64,000 nt of DNA from Candidatus Latescibacterota bacterium (GCA_965237675.1 OZ250150.1:1056001-1120000); one strand, 5' to 3'; positions 39,140 to 50,064 are shown, numbered from the stretch's first letter. The notes: generated by a model from the letters alone, not told the origin. A program made the numbers and translations.

Positions 39140-40153
39140 TCATTGCAACTGGATCGGTATGGAACCCTGTTCTGCGGATTCTTCCGCCGCGAAACATGCG
39201 GCGTGGGTGTTGACGGCTACAGCGAGATTGTTGTCGGATTCGACGTCGTCGAGGATACATTCAACAAGGTGGTCGACCATTTCCTGGAAAGGATGGTCGG
39301 CAACGGCGCCGCTGTCGGGCATGACCGCGGGAAAACTGCCGAAGGCGTCCTGGCCGGATAGCTGCCGGGTGTAGAATTGGTTGTTTCGGATCACGCCCTC
39401 CGTGCCGAAAACCTCCAGGTTGAAGACATAAGGCATGAAAAAGGCCGTGGATCCTGAGAATTTTCCGGCGGCGCCCCCCGCGAATTCCACCGTGGCGACC
39501 GTCGTGGAACGGTAGTTCTCCGCATGGGTTCGATGGCGCGGGGAAACGCCCGTTACCCGGGTGACGAGATCATTATCCAGAATGTAACGGGCGGCGTCGA
39601 GGGCATGGCAGCCGCCATGCACAATGGCGCCGTTGACAAACGGGTTCCAACCGGTGCGGCTGAATTTTTCCGGGCGGGCGTTGGTGGGGCCGTGCCAGTA
39701 GTCGGCATGGACAAGCAGAGGAACGCCGACCCAGCCCTTCCCGATGGCCTGTTTGATGGAAATGATGAGTGGATTCCACCGAAGCACGAAGCCGACGACG
39801 GTCTTGACGCCCGCGCTTATCACGGCCCGGTGCATCGCATCCAGTTCGTCGGGGTTGGTGGCCACCGGTTTCTCGATCAGCAGGTGTTTGCCGGCGCGGG
39901 CGGCGGCAATGGCTTCCCCGGCGTGGCGGTCCGGCGGGGTACAGATGGAAACGACGTCGACTTCCGGATGATCGAGAAGCCGGTCGTAGTCATCGTACAG
40001 GTCGCATTCAAGCCCCAGTTCAACCGCTTTCTTCTGGGCGCTTTCCAGCGTCCGGCTCCCGATGGCGACCAACCGGGTGTTAGGGTTGTTAAGATAGGCT
40101 CTTATGTGTTCGGTGGAGACGTTTCCCGCGCCTTGAATTGCAACGCCAAGCAT
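39140..40153 (-). CDS. Gfo/Idh/MocA family oxidoreductase
   Basis: GAGNVS, CTPPDRH, GKHLLIEKP, GGCHALD. Confidence 0.93.
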   Translation of the reverse strand: MLGVAIQGAGNVSTEHIRAYLNNPNTRLVAIGSRTLESAQKKAVELGLECDLYDDYDRLLDHPEVDVVSICTPPDRHAGEAIAAARAGKHLLIEKPVATNPDELDAMHRAVISAGVKTVVGFVLRWNPLIISIKQAIGKGWVGVPLLVHADYWHGPTNARPEKFSRTGWNPFVNGAIVHGGCHALDAARYILDNDLVTRVTGVSPRHRTHAENYRSTTVATVEFAGGAAGKFSGSTAFFMPYVFNLEVFGTEGVIRNNQFYTRQLSGQDAFGSFPAVMPDSGAVADHPFQEMVDHLVECILDDVESDNNLAVAVNTHAACFAAEESAEQGSIPIQLQ

Positions 40154-40450
40154 GGCTTCTCCCTTTAGACTTTCCTGTAGCATGATGTTCAAGCTTTTCG
40201 GCGGACGACCTGAGAATGCCTGTCCCTCATTTCGCCGCGCGTCGAACGCAAAGATACGAGCGCGTCGTGGCGCCGTCAAGATGGATCCTGTACGTCCTTT
40301 GTTGTCATCGTTAAGGCCGGGCGGGCCGTCTGGCGCTTGCTGTGCGCGGTCGGAGACGTTTGAAGGCGGCCCGGTGAACCGTTGATTTTTCAGGAAGGCC
40401 GCTTTATTTTAGCGCGTGACGTAGAGTTTTTCTCCACATATCCGAGGTGA

Positions 40451-41314
40451 ATGGTGCCGAAACGGATCAATAAAGCTATTGAGCTCCTGGAACAGGGACA
40501 GCCGATATATTATGTCGGCGTCTCCGAGGTATCGTACGAAGCAGGCCGGGAGATGGCCGGGACGTGGGCCGACTATATAAACGTCAGTATGGAGCACGGT
40601 GCGTTCGATATGCGGGGGCTCGGTGACTTCATGCGAGGCCTGGTGGACGGCGGTCCCACGGCCGGCGGGCACAGGACGCCGGCCGTCATCGTCGATCTGC
40701 CGGTGGAGGGGTCGAGTGAAGCGGTGGTTCGCGCCAACGCCTGGATGTTCAAGCAGGCGCTGGCCCGAGGCGTGCATGGAATTCTGCTGTGCCATGCCGA
40801 CGATCCGGAGGGCGTCCGGGCCTTTGTGGAGAGTTGCAGGTATCCGTTCCGGAAGCCGGCCGTGGGGCACGGTGATGGCCGGCGCGGCGCGGGGGGGCAG
40901 GGCTGGGCCGCACAGGTCTGGGGCGTTCCCGCAAACGAGTACCTGGAGAAAGCCGATCCGTGGCCGCTGAATCCGGACGGAGAATTGATGCTGGGCGTGA
41001 AAATCGAGAACAAACGCGCGCTGGCCAACGCGGAGGCGACGGCGAGGGTGCAGGGGCTCGCCTTCGGCGAGTGGGGACCAGGGGATATGGGGATGTCGCT
41101 TGGGCACGCCGATCGGCACGACCCGCCCTATCCGCCTGAAATGGGGGCTGCCCGGGCCCGCGTGATGGCGGCCTGCAAGGACGCCGGCCTATTCTTTCTG
41201 AACGGCGCGAATACGGACAACGTAACGGAGATGATTGACGAGGGCGTGATGATCTGCTCCGGAGGCGGGGAGGCCGTGGCGAAGGTCGGACGGGCGTATA
41301 CTGGCAGAAGATAA
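40451..41314 (+). CDS. HpcH/HpaI aldolase family protein
   Basis: MEHGAFD, KQALARGVHG, CRYP, GVKIE, GPGDMGMSLG. Confidence 0.85.
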   Translation: MVPKRINKAIELLEQGQPIYYVGVSEVSYEAGREMAGTWADYINVSMEHGAFDMRGLGDFMRGLVDGGPTAGGHRTPAVIVDLPVEGSSEAVVRANAWMFKQALARGVHGILLCHADDPEGVRAFVESCRYPFRKPAVGHGDGRRGAGGQGWAAQVWGVPANEYLEKADPWPLNPDGELMLGVKIENKRALANAEATARVQGLAFGEWGPGDMGMSLGHADRHDPPYPPEMGAARARVMAACKDAGLFFLNGANTDNVTEMIDEGVMICSGGGEAVAKVGRAYTGRR

Positions 41315-41502
41315 ACGCACTTCAGGTCGAACGTGACCGAACAATCGAAACTTATATAAACTGACGGCTGTCCTTCGGAGAAAGGAGCGCAAACACGAAC
41401 GAATACCGTTGCTCCTGGCGCTTGCCGAAGAACCTTTAAAGCAGGCGCCAAAACCACGGTCGTCTGAATTGGCGGTGAACCGTCGATACGAGGAGGGAAG
41501 AG

Positions 41503-42180
41503 ATGTCAAGTTCGAACATACGTACCATCGTGGAGGTCGTGTTGGCGGCGGCGTGCGCGTACCTGGCGTACATCGCGTACATCGCCCCCGTTAATGTCAC
41601 CATCAACTACGATGAGGACAAAATGGTGGCGCACGGCGCGGTTCTGGACTCGATCTGGAGCAAGGATTTCGCCAGAGAAGCGACGCTCGGATGGTTGAAA
41701 GAGAAGGACGTCTATCACTACCAGGACAGCGGATTGGCCGGTCGCCTCGGCGACGCGATGCCGGACGCGACAACACATGGAAACGGCGAAACACTGGATG
41801 AGCGGAAAGCCCGCCTGGAAGGCGCGATTGCGGAAAATCCTCTGATTGCCGATCTTCGCGGCCGGGCGCGTGAACTGCAGCCTCCCTTTCAGTATATCGG
41901 CAAAGAAGTCCGCGTGGGCGTTCCGAGCGGAAACAGACCTCGAAAAAATGTGGCGTACGTCGCCTTCGGGAGCGAGTTCGACGGCAGGGTCGTTGAAATC
42001 TGGAATCCCGCAAACAACAAACGCGTGACGGTGTTTGCGCAGGGTGCGTTCCTGCCCACGGAAACGGTCACGATCGACTTCCAGATGAACAGGCAACAGG
42101 CGGTGGACCTGTTCGCTCGCGTCGAGCAGACCGCGGACGCGGTGGCAGTCATTCTTCCGCCGTCGACGCCGGCGCCGTAG
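41503..42180 (+). CDS. Hypothetical protein with N-terminal membrane anchor
   Basis: Strong RBS GAGGAGG, hydrophobic N-terminus, no recognised motif. Confidence 0.65.
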   Translation: MSSSNIRTIVEVVLAAACAYLAYIAYIAPVNVTINYDEDKMVAHGAVLDSIWSKDFAREATLGWLKEKDVYHYQDSGLAGRLGDAMPDATTHGNGETLDERKARLEGAIAENPLIADLRGRARELQPPFQYIGKEVRVGVPSGNRPRKNVAYVAFGSEFDGRVVEIWNPANNKRVTVFAQGAFLPTETVTIDFQMNRQQAVDLFARVEQTADAVAVILPPSTPAP

Positions 42181-42319
42181 ACGGGTGGCCGCGGGATCCG
42201 ATTCGGCAATTGTAAGATCACCGGCGGCTCAGCGCTTCTGCATGGCGCGGCCGCCGGTTTGCTTTAGCAGCCCCCGCCATTCCGAGTCGCATTCCTCGGA
42301 TCATTCCTCTCTTCCTCAT

Positions 42320-42856
42320 CTACCGCCCCAACAGTTGTTCGACAGCCCATTCCAACTCCGTTCCGGTATCGGGACCGTAGCCCGTTTGCATGAACCTGAG
42401 TCGGCCCTTCCTGTCAACCAGATAGGTGGTTGGAATGCTACGGATGCCATAGTCGGATCGAACGCCCGGATCGGCGAACAGTACCGGAAAGGTGTAACCG
42501 TTTTTCCTTACAAACGGTTTCACGCGCGCCCGATCGAAGTCCGTGCTGATGGCAAGTACGGTCAGGCCTTTATTGCGGTATCGTTCGTGTAATTTCTGAA
42601 CGTCGGGTAATTCGTACAGGCACGGCACGCACCAGGTGGCCCAGAAGTTGATCAGGACAACACGGCCCTTATTCTCGGACAACCGGACTACCGAACCGTC
42701 CAGACTTTCCAGTGCAAAGTCGGACGCGGCCGGTCCCACGGGGAGGGCGTTCTCCGGCTCCGGCGTCTCGACGAAGATCTGACCCAACGCGACGCCGGCC
42801 AGAACCACTCCCACGGCTATCAACACGGTGTACTTCCATCCGAACCTCAGTTGCAT
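42320..42856 (-). CDS. TlpA/ResA family thiol-disulfide oxidoreductase
   Basis: N-terminal TM, VVLINFWATWCVPC, IPTTYLVDRKG. Confidence 0.93.
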   Translation of the reverse strand: MQLRFGWKYTVLIAVGVVLAGVALGQIFVETPEPENALPVGPAASDFALESLDGSVVRLSENKGRVVLINFWATWCVPCLYELPDVQKLHERYRNKGLTVLAISTDFDRARVKPFVRKNGYTFPVLFADPGVRSDYGIRSIPTTYLVDRKGRLRFMQTGYGPDTGTELEWAVEQLLGR

Positions 42857-42924
42857 ATCGCTATCCTCTTCCGTTCAACAGACAGGTTCTCGCGCGCCAT
42901 TCCTTCGATCTGACAATCGACCCC

Positions 42925-43553
42925 CATGTCATTCTGAGCGAAGTCGAAGAATCTCCCGTCTAATCGATTGTCCTGACGCAATAGCACAGTAAACAAATTT
43001 GCGCGGAGACATCGCCGCCAATTCGGCCTCCTCAGAAGGATACGCGAGGCGGGCAGACAGGAATGTCTACCCCACCTTCACATCGGCTTCCTCAACATGA
43101 CTGTTTGTGCCGACGTGTGCCTGACACATTTCGCTGATTGTTATTGCAAGACATGTCGTTTTGAGCGCAGCGAAGAATCTCCCGCTACTTCCGTTCTGTT
43201 TAGAAGGCGGACGTGCCGCCTGTCCGGTCGGACCGAATGCAAGACGCTTGGGCATGATCCGATGCCGCAGTAGATCCTTCGTCGGCCTGACGGCCTCCTC
43301 AGGATGACAATCTTTTGCCGATACCTGACAGACAGAATTCGACGATGGTTATTGCAAAGCATGTCATTCTGAGCGTAGTCGAAGAATCTCCCGTCTATTC
43401 GATTGTCCCAACGCAGAAACCCAGTAAACAAATTTGCGCGGAGACATCGCCGCCAATTCGGCCTCCTCAGAAGGATCGCGAGGCGGGCAGACAAGAATGT
43501 GTGCCCCACCTTCACACCGGCTTCCCCAGCATGACAGTCTGCGCACGTGTGTC
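42925..43553. repeat. Modular mosaic of GTCATTCTGAGCG..GAAGAATCT and GGCAGACAGGAATGTCT.CCCCACC palindromic repeats
   Basis: Three GTCATTCTGAGCG-type units, the inverted partner AGATCCTTCG..CTCAGGATGACA, two GGCAGACA.GAATGT units. Confidence 0.88.
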
Positions 43554-43554
43554 C

Positions 43555-44703
43555 CTAAGGCGTGAAGATCAGGATCTGATCCGTAGTTTCCTCCTCGAAC
43601 GTGTGATCGCTGTCTGTAGAAACGTCCTTGTCCTTGGTCCCACCGGCAACCATTACACTTCCGTCGGCAAGCAGAGTTACCGTCGGAAAAGACCGCCACC
43701 CTATGCTGTGTCCTGCAGGGGAAAATTCATGTGTGGCGGGATTGTACAGTACGATATCGCCGTTATACGAGTGGATGAGGAACACTCTGCCGGAGGGAAG
43801 CAGCAGGGCGGCGCTCGGATCGATTGTAGAAACGCCGGCCGGCGAAAACGAGATTGTTTCAGGGTCGTACATCTCGGCGGTATGTACGAAAGGACCTTCA
43901 CCGGCATGGCCGCCGATGATCAGGACCTTGCCGTCCTGTAGAAGCACGGCCTTATGGTTTACGCGGTCGAACTGCAAATCACCTGCTTCTGAAAAGGATT
44001 TGGACACGGGATCGTAAATCAGATTCCGTCCGACCAACCCATCCTCAATTCCGCCGCGTATACCCCCAACGATCAGCACGCGGCCGTCCTTCAAAAGAGT
44101 CGCCGTTTGGAGTCGGCGTCGATCGTCCATCGCGAATATGGAGGTGAATGCGCGCGCATCCAGGTCGAAGACACCCGTGTGTTCTACGCTAGTCACAAAG
44201 ACCCTTCCGCTTTGAAGCAGGGTTGCGGTAAGGATGGTTGCATTGTAGGGTACGTCCGCCAGGGCGTCGAATATCCCTGAATCAGGATTGTACATTTCAA
44301 TAGGGATATGACCATACCTGGGCATGATAAGGACGCGACCGTCGGGAAGCAATATTCCGTTGTCTGCGTACCGACTGACGGTCATGCTTCCCGTTGGCGA
44401 CGAGGTCCCGGTTTCAGGATCGAATATTTCCGCCGTAATGAGAACACCCGCGGGCCGGTAAATGACGGTCCCTCCGGGAGATGGGTCCTCGACTTTGGTC
44501 GGTGGTTCCGCGTAGCCTCCGGCGATCAGGACCTTCCCATTCTGCAATAACGTAGCGACATGCTGATACCGCGGCTGGGTCATTTTGCCGACTTCATGGA
44601 GACCCCTTTCAAGGGCCGGTGCCTCCGGCGTCGTCACCGAATCGCCTCCACAAGCCCAGACGCTCGAGACGATCAACAGTGCTATTGCGATTCGGGCAGT
44701 CAT
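43555..44703 (-). CDS. Kelch-repeat beta-propeller lipoprotein (array copy 1)
   Basis: Lipobox VWA-C; repeated ATLL.(D/N)G.VLI.GG ... AE.(F/Y)DP blades. Confidence 0.9.
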   Translation of the reverse strand: MTARIAIALLIVSSVWACGGDSVTTPEAPALERGLHEVGKMTQPRYQHVATLLQNGKVLIAGGYAEPPTKVEDPSPGGTVIYRPAGVLITAEIFDPETGTSSPTGSMTVSRYADNGILLPDGRVLIMPRYGHIPIEMYNPDSGIFDALADVPYNATILTATLLQSGRVFVTSVEHTGVFDLDARAFTSIFAMDDRRRLQTATLLKDGRVLIVGGIRGGIEDGLVGRNLIYDPVSKSFSEAGDLQFDRVNHKAVLLQDGKVLIIGGHAGEGPFVHTAEMYDPETISFSPAGVSTIDPSAALLLPSGRVFLIHSYNGDIVLYNPATHEFSPAGHSIGWRSFPTVTLLADGSVMVAGGTKDKDVSTDSDHTFEEETTDQILIFTP

Positions 44704-44724
44704 TCTGAGTCTCCTTTCCGACAG

Positions 44725-45183
44725 AAGGATCCCGGGGCGGGCAGACAGGAATGTCTACCCCACCTTCACACCGGCTTCCTCAGCATCACAGTTCGGGCCA
44801 ACGAATAACGAATACATCTCGAAGATGGTTATTGCAAAGCATGTCATTCTGAGCGTAGTCGAAGAATCTCCCGCTACTTCCGTTCTGTTTAGAAGGCGGA
44901 CGTGCCGCCTGTCCGGTCGGACCGAATGCAAGAAGCTTGGGCATGATCCGATGCCGCAGTAAATCCTTCGTCGGCCTGACGGCCTCCTCAGGATGACAGT
45001 CTTTTGCCGATACCTGACAGACAGAATTCGCCAATCGTGATTGCAAAGCATGTCATTCTGAGCGCAGTCGAAGAATCTCCCGTCTGTTCGGGTGTCCGTA
45101 AGCCGGAAACCCACGGTAACACATCTGCGCGGAGACATCCTCAGCCTCACGCCTTCCTTCAGCGTGTGGGCGCACGTGCGCAT
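44725..45183. repeat. Modular repeat mosaic between Kelch genes
   Basis: 44830-45085 closely matches 43140-43395. Confidence 0.88.
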
Positions 45184-46332
45184 TCAAGGCGTGAATATCA
45201 GGATCTGATCCGTAATCTCCTCTTCGAACACATGTCCGCCGGCTGTGGAACCCTCCTTGTCCTTCGATCCACCGGCAACCATCACGCGGCCGTCTTCAAG
45301 GAGCGTGGCCGTAGGAAAGGACCTGGGCGGGCTGATGCTGTATCCTGTGAGGGAGAATGTGTGCGTAGCGGGATCATACAGTACGATATTGCCAGTGGGC
45401 TCATGGACCAAAAACACTCTGCCGGAGGGAAGCAGCAGGGCGGCGCCTGGATCGATCGTAGAAACGCCGGCCGGCGAAAACGTGTTGGTTTCGGGGTCGT
45501 AGATCTCGACCGTCTGCACGGATGGCCCTCTACCGGCGGTGCCGCCTAGGATCAGTACCCTGCCGTCCTGGAGAAGCACCGCCTTATGGTGTACGCGGTC
45601 GAACTGCAAGTTACCTGCTTCCGAAAAAGCTCCGGACGAGGGATCAAAGATCAGATTCCGTCCCAGCAACCCTGCGTCCCCTCCGACATTCTGTCCTCCA
45701 ACGATCAATACCCTGCCGTCCTTCAACAAAGTGGCCGTATGGCCAATTCGGGAAGGATCCATCCTGAATATGGGGGAAAACGGGCCTTTAGTGGGGTCGA
45801 AGACACCCGCGTATAACGTGCTGGTCAAAAAGACCTTCCCGTTGGGCAGCAGCGTGGCAGTCAGAATCCCAACTTTCCCAGGTAGAATTGCCATAACGTT
45901 GAATCTGCCGGAATGAGCATCGTACCTCTCAATGGGGAGATCAGGATTTCCGGGTATGATCAGGACTCGGCCGTCGGGCAGCAATATTCCGTGGTCCTCG
46001 CTGCGACTGGCGGCCAGGTCTCCCGTTTGCGTTGAGATTCCGGTTTCAGGGTCGAATATTTCCGCGCTGATGAGACGCTTCGGCTGGGGAATGGCGGTAT
46101 TCGGGGGAGGCGGCCCATCGAGTACGATAGGTAGTTCCTCGAGGCCGCCCGCGATCAGGACCTTGCCATTCTGTAGTAGCGTCGCTACATGCTCAGATCT
46201 GGGTCGGGTCATATTGCCGACCTCGTGGAGACCCCTTTCAAGGGCCGGCGGCTCCGGCGTCGTCATCGAGTCGCTTCCACAGGCCCAGAGGCTCGAGACG
46301 ATAGACAGCGCCATTCCGATTCTGGCAGTCAT
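45184..46332 (-). CDS. Kelch-repeat beta-propeller lipoprotein (array copy 2)
   Basis: Lipobox LWA-C; paralogous blades. Confidence 0.9.
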   Translation of the reverse strand: MTARIGMALSIVSSLWACGSDSMTTPEPPALERGLHEVGNMTRPRSEHVATLLQNGKVLIAGGLEELPIVLDGPPPPNTAIPQPKRLISAEIFDPETGISTQTGDLAASRSEDHGILLPDGRVLIIPGNPDLPIERYDAHSGRFNVMAILPGKVGILTATLLPNGKVFLTSTLYAGVFDPTKGPFSPIFRMDPSRIGHTATLLKDGRVLIVGGQNVGGDAGLLGRNLIFDPSSGAFSEAGNLQFDRVHHKAVLLQDGRVLILGGTAGRGPSVQTVEIYDPETNTFSPAGVSTIDPGAALLLPSGRVFLVHEPTGNIVLYDPATHTFSLTGYSISPPRSFPTATLLEDGRVMVAGGSKDKEGSTAGGHVFEEEITDQILIFTP

Positions 46333-46384
46333 CTTCTTTCCCCCGGGTTTAGACCTTTAAGTGCATCTTCTACGCGATAGGCCT

Positions 46385-46845
46385 GGCGAGGCGGGCAGAC
46401 AGGAATGTCCGCCCCACCTTCATACCGGCTTTCTCAGTATGACAGTTCGGGCCAACGAATAACGAATACATCTCGAAGATGGTTATTGCAAAGCATGTCA
46501 TTCTGAGCGTAGTCGAAGAATCTCCCGTCTAATCGATTGTCCTAACGCAAAAACGCAATAAACATATTTGCGCGGAGACATCGTCGCCGAATCCTTTGAA
46601 CGTGCCAAATGGTCCTTCGCTTACCAATTCGAGCGGTCGCTTCGCAAGCCTCACGTCTTCCTTAGAAGGATCGCGAGGCAGGCAGACAGGAATGTCTACC
46701 CCACCTTCACATCGGCTTCCTCAGAGTGAGGGTGCCGAGATGGCGTTGTCCGAGCAATCACGGCGCGTATAAAACGTTGTTTACGCAACACTTCATTCGG
46801 CTCCGCCTCTCCTCGCAGGAGAGGGGGCTGGGGGGAGAGGTCCAT
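46385..46845. repeat. Modular repeat mosaic between Kelch genes
   Basis: Same modules as 42925-43553/44725-45183 plus a CCTCTCCTCGCAGGAGAGGGGG palindrome. Confidence 0.85.
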
Positions 46846-46860
46846 TTTCTAATTACACAC

Positions 46861-47979
46861 TCAAGGCGTGAAGATCAGTACCTGATCCGTGATCTCCCGC
46901 TCTTGCCCAGGCCCACTTTGCGACGACCTGTCCCTGTACTTCCAGCCGCCGGCTATCATTACCCGGCCGTCTTCAAGCAGCGTGACCGAAGCCTCGTCCC
47001 GCCACGGTCCTATGCTGTGTCCTGTGGGTGAAAATACATGTGTAGCGGGATTGTACAGTACGATATTGCCTGTAGGCCCGTGGATGAAAAACACTCTGCC
47101 GGACGGCAGCAGCAGGGCGGCGGCAGGCCAAATGGCAGAAGTTCCGGCCGGCCAGAACGTGTTTGTATCGGGGTCGTACATCTCGGCAAGGTTTGCATGC
47201 TCTGAACCGGTATGGCCGCCAACGATCAGAACCCTGCCGTCCGGAAGAAGCACCGTAGTATGGCCCCAGCGGTCGACCTGCAGATCACCAGCTTCCGCAA
47301 AGGCATTTGACGAGGGTTCGTAAATCAGATTCCGTCCGGTCAACTCGTTGTCAATTCCCCCGCGTGTTCCTCCAACGATCAGCACGCGGCCGTCCTTTAG
47401 CAACGTCGCCGAATGGTTTATTCGCGTTTTCTCCATCGCGACTATGGAGGGAAAGGTACTCGCAGCCGGGTCGAAGACAGCCGTGTGCGCCTGGGTAGTT
47501 ACAAAGACCTTGCCGCTTTGCAGCAGATTTACAGTCGAAATGGGCGGATACCAGGGTATTTTCGCCAGGGCCGTGAATCGAGTGGAATGAGGATCGTAGA
47601 CTTCAATGGGGAAGTCATGATATCTGGGCACAATCAGGATGCGACCGTCGGGAAGCAATATTCCGTGGTCCGTATTTCGACCGACGGTCATGTTTCCCGT
47701 TGGCGAAGAGGTCCCGGTTACCGGATCGAATATCTCCGCGCTGATGTGACGATTCGATACGTCGGTGAAGTTCGGGATCCCCTCCTTGTAGCCACCGGCG
47801 ATCAGTACTTTGCCATCCGGCAATAACGTCGCGACGTGCTGATACCGCGGCTGTGTCAGATTGCCGACCTCGTGGAGACCCCTTTCAAGGGACGGCGGCT
47901 CCGACGTCGTCACCGAATCTCCTCCACAAGCCCAGATACACGAGACGACAAACAGCGCCATTACGATTCTGGCGGTCAT
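46861..47979 (-). CDS. Kelch-repeat beta-propeller lipoprotein (array copy 3)
   Basis: Lipobox IWA-C; paralogous blades. Confidence 0.9.
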   Translation of the reverse strand: MTARIVMALFVVSCIWACGGDSVTTSEPPSLERGLHEVGNLTQPRYQHVATLLPDGKVLIAGGYKEGIPNFTDVSNRHISAEIFDPVTGTSSPTGNMTVGRNTDHGILLPDGRILIVPRYHDFPIEVYDPHSTRFTALAKIPWYPPISTVNLLQSGKVFVTTQAHTAVFDPAASTFPSIVAMEKTRINHSATLLKDGRVLIVGGTRGGIDNELTGRNLIYEPSSNAFAEAGDLQVDRWGHTTVLLPDGRVLIVGGHTGSEHANLAEMYDPDTNTFWPAGTSAIWPAAALLLPSGRVFFIHGPTGNIVLYNPATHVFSPTGHSIGPWRDEASVTLLEDGRVMIAGGWKYRDRSSQSGPGQEREITDQVLIFTP

Positions 47980-48284
47980 CTTGTGTACGCCCAAGTTAAG
48001 GTATGATCTGACCGACGAGAGTAGGGCGTGGCGTTTACGGCCTGCCTGCCTGTCTGCCGGCCAGGCAGGCCGCGACAGGGTTGGCGACCCCTCCCCCGGC
48101 CCCTCGACAGGCTCAGGGTGCGGACGCCCATGCGTGAATTCAGCCGAGCGATGTACATCTCATCTCTTACTTTCACGATCAATCCCTCCAGGTCAATCCC
48201 GAAATCACATCAATTACAGTCTCTCCTTGCGGTTTAATCACAGTCCATCCCGATAATCATAGTCCATCACAGTCCTGTGGGCCC

Positions 48285-49430
48285 TCAAGGCGTGAATATC
48301 AGGATCTGATCCGTGATCTCCTCGTCGAACGTATGCCCACTATTGGTAGAGCCCTCCTTGTACTTTGATCCACCGGCAACCATCACGCGGCCGTCTGCAA
48401 GCAGAGTTACCGTAGGCTGCGTCCGCCACCCTATGCTGTGCCCTGTAGGAGAAAATTCATGTGTGGCGGGATTATACAGTGCGATATCGCCGTTAATCGA
48501 GCGCATAAGGAGCACCTTTCCGGAAGGCAGCAGGGTGGCGGCCAGCGGATCGATTGCAGAAACGCCGGCCGGCGAAAACGCGTTTGTTTCAGGGTCGTAC
48601 ATCTCGGCTGTATGTACGAAAGGCCCTTCACCGGCAATACCGCCTATGATCAGGACCCTTCCGTCCTGCAGAAGCACCGCCTTGTGAAATATGCGGTCGA
48701 ACTGCAAATCACCGGCTTCTGAAAAGGACCTGGTCGAGGGATCGTAAATCAGATTCCGTCCGACCAACCCGTCCTCGATTCCGCCGCGTATTCCTCCAAC
48801 GATCAGCACCCGGCCGTCCTTCAACAACGTCGCCGTATGGAGTCGGCGTCGATCGTCCATCGCGAAGATGGAGGGAAATGTGCCTGTAGCCGGGTCGAAG
48901 ACACCCGTGTGTCCCATAAAAGTCACAAAGACCCTTCCACTGGGCAGCAGGGTTGCGGTCTGGATGGTTGCATTGTAGGGTACGTCCGCGACGGCGTTGA
49001 ATCTGCCAGAGTGAGAATCGTAAATCTCAATGGGAAGATGACCAAACCTGGGCATGATCAAGACGCGACCGTCGGGAAGCGATATTCCGTGGTCCGAATT
49101 ACGACTGACGGTCATGTCTCCCGTCGGCGAAGAGGTCCCGGTTCCCGGGTCGAATATCTCTGCGCTGATATGACGCTTCGTCTTGGGAATAACGGCATTC
49201 GCGGGAGGCGGTTCCGCGAACACGGGAAGTAATTCCGCATAGCCGCCGCCGATCAGGACCTTGCCATTCTGCATTAACGTCGCGACATGCTCATACCGCG
49301 GTTGGGTCAGACTCCCGACCTCATGAAGACCCCTTTCGAGGGCTGGCGGCTCCGACGTCGTCACCGAATCTCCTCCACAAGCCCAGATACACGAGACGAC
49401 AAACAGCACTATCGCGATTCGAGAGGTCAT
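48285..49430 (-). CDS. Kelch-repeat beta-propeller lipoprotein (array copy 4)
   Basis: Lipobox IWA-C; paralogous blades. Confidence 0.9.
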   Translation of the reverse strand: MTSRIAIVLFVVSCIWACGGDSVTTSEPPALERGLHEVGSLTQPRYEHVATLMQNGKVLIGGGYAELLPVFAEPPPANAVIPKTKRHISAEIFDPGTGTSSPTGDMTVSRNSDHGISLPDGRVLIMPRFGHLPIEIYDSHSGRFNAVADVPYNATIQTATLLPSGRVFVTFMGHTGVFDPATGTFPSIFAMDDRRRLHTATLLKDGRVLIVGGIRGGIEDGLVGRNLIYDPSTRSFSEAGDLQFDRIFHKAVLLQDGRVLIIGGIAGEGPFVHTAEMYDPETNAFSPAGVSAIDPLAATLLPSGKVLLMRSINGDIALYNPATHEFSPTGHSIGWRTQPTVTLLADGRVMVAGGSKYKEGSTNSGHTFDEEITDQILIFTP

Positions 49431-49431
49431 C

Positions 49432-50064
49432 CTATTCCCCCGACAGAATGGTGCAAATTGGCGTGTGAATTCTGAATCTTGGGAAGCCGTTCTTCTCTCG
49501 CTCAAGGATCAACGTTTCGCTCCGACCCATCGGATCCATTGTTCTGCCGTTACCCGCCCTCGTCGTCTCTCCCGAATCCGGCGAGCCGTTGCGGCGCGCC
49601 CGAAATCCCTCCAGGTTATCCATGAGTAGATCGAGCATATCGAACAGGAATGTTTCGTACGGCTTCTTCGCGCCTTCGCTGGCGGCCTTTTCGTTCTGCA
49701 CCCTGTCAGCCACTTCGTCGAGACTGTTCCTGATCTGACGCGCCAGACGTCCAATGGCGTCTGCAGCAGTCGACTCCTGTGCGAAGTCAATGGAGACTTG
49801 CATATTGAAAACCCGTGCGTAAATCGCCAGGTCCTCCAGTTTGAGCCGATCGTTCCTGCTGTTCTCGATTCTCGAGATCTTGCTCTGCGTGCAACCGGCC
49901 CGTTGCGCCAGTTCCGCCTGCGTCACATTCTGAGAACAACGCAGCGTATACAGTGCCCGTGAAACATTGTAATCAGCAAGATGACCCTCCAATTCGCCGT
50001 GGAGAATTTTATCCGGCGCGGTGTCGCGCACCATTTCAGACACCGATGCATCATGTTTTTCCAT
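49432..50064 (-). CDS. XRE-family helix-turn-helix regulator / HigA-like antitoxin
   Basis: LYTLRCSQNVTQAELAQRAGCTQSKISRIEN. Confidence 0.8.
   Translation of the reverse strand: MEKHDASVSEMVRDTAPDKILHGELEGHLADYNVSRALYTLRCSQNVTQAELAQRAGCTQSKISRIENSRNDRLKLEDLAIYARVFNMQVSIDFAQESTAADAIGRLARQIRNSLDEVADRVQNEKAASEGAKKPYETFLFDMLDLLMDNLEGFRARRNGSPDSGETTRAGNGRTMDPMGRSETLILEREKNGFPRFRIHTPICTILSGE

Noticed and set aside
41363-41500. c-di-GMP-I, glycine or SAH riboswitch
   Set aside because: Only fragments of the consensus (GCAAAC, GGAGA) are present; spacing and core motifs do not fit
42925-46845. CRISPR array
   Set aside because: Repeats are irregularly spaced, degenerate, in both orientations, and the intervening sequences are themselves repeated; no cas genes
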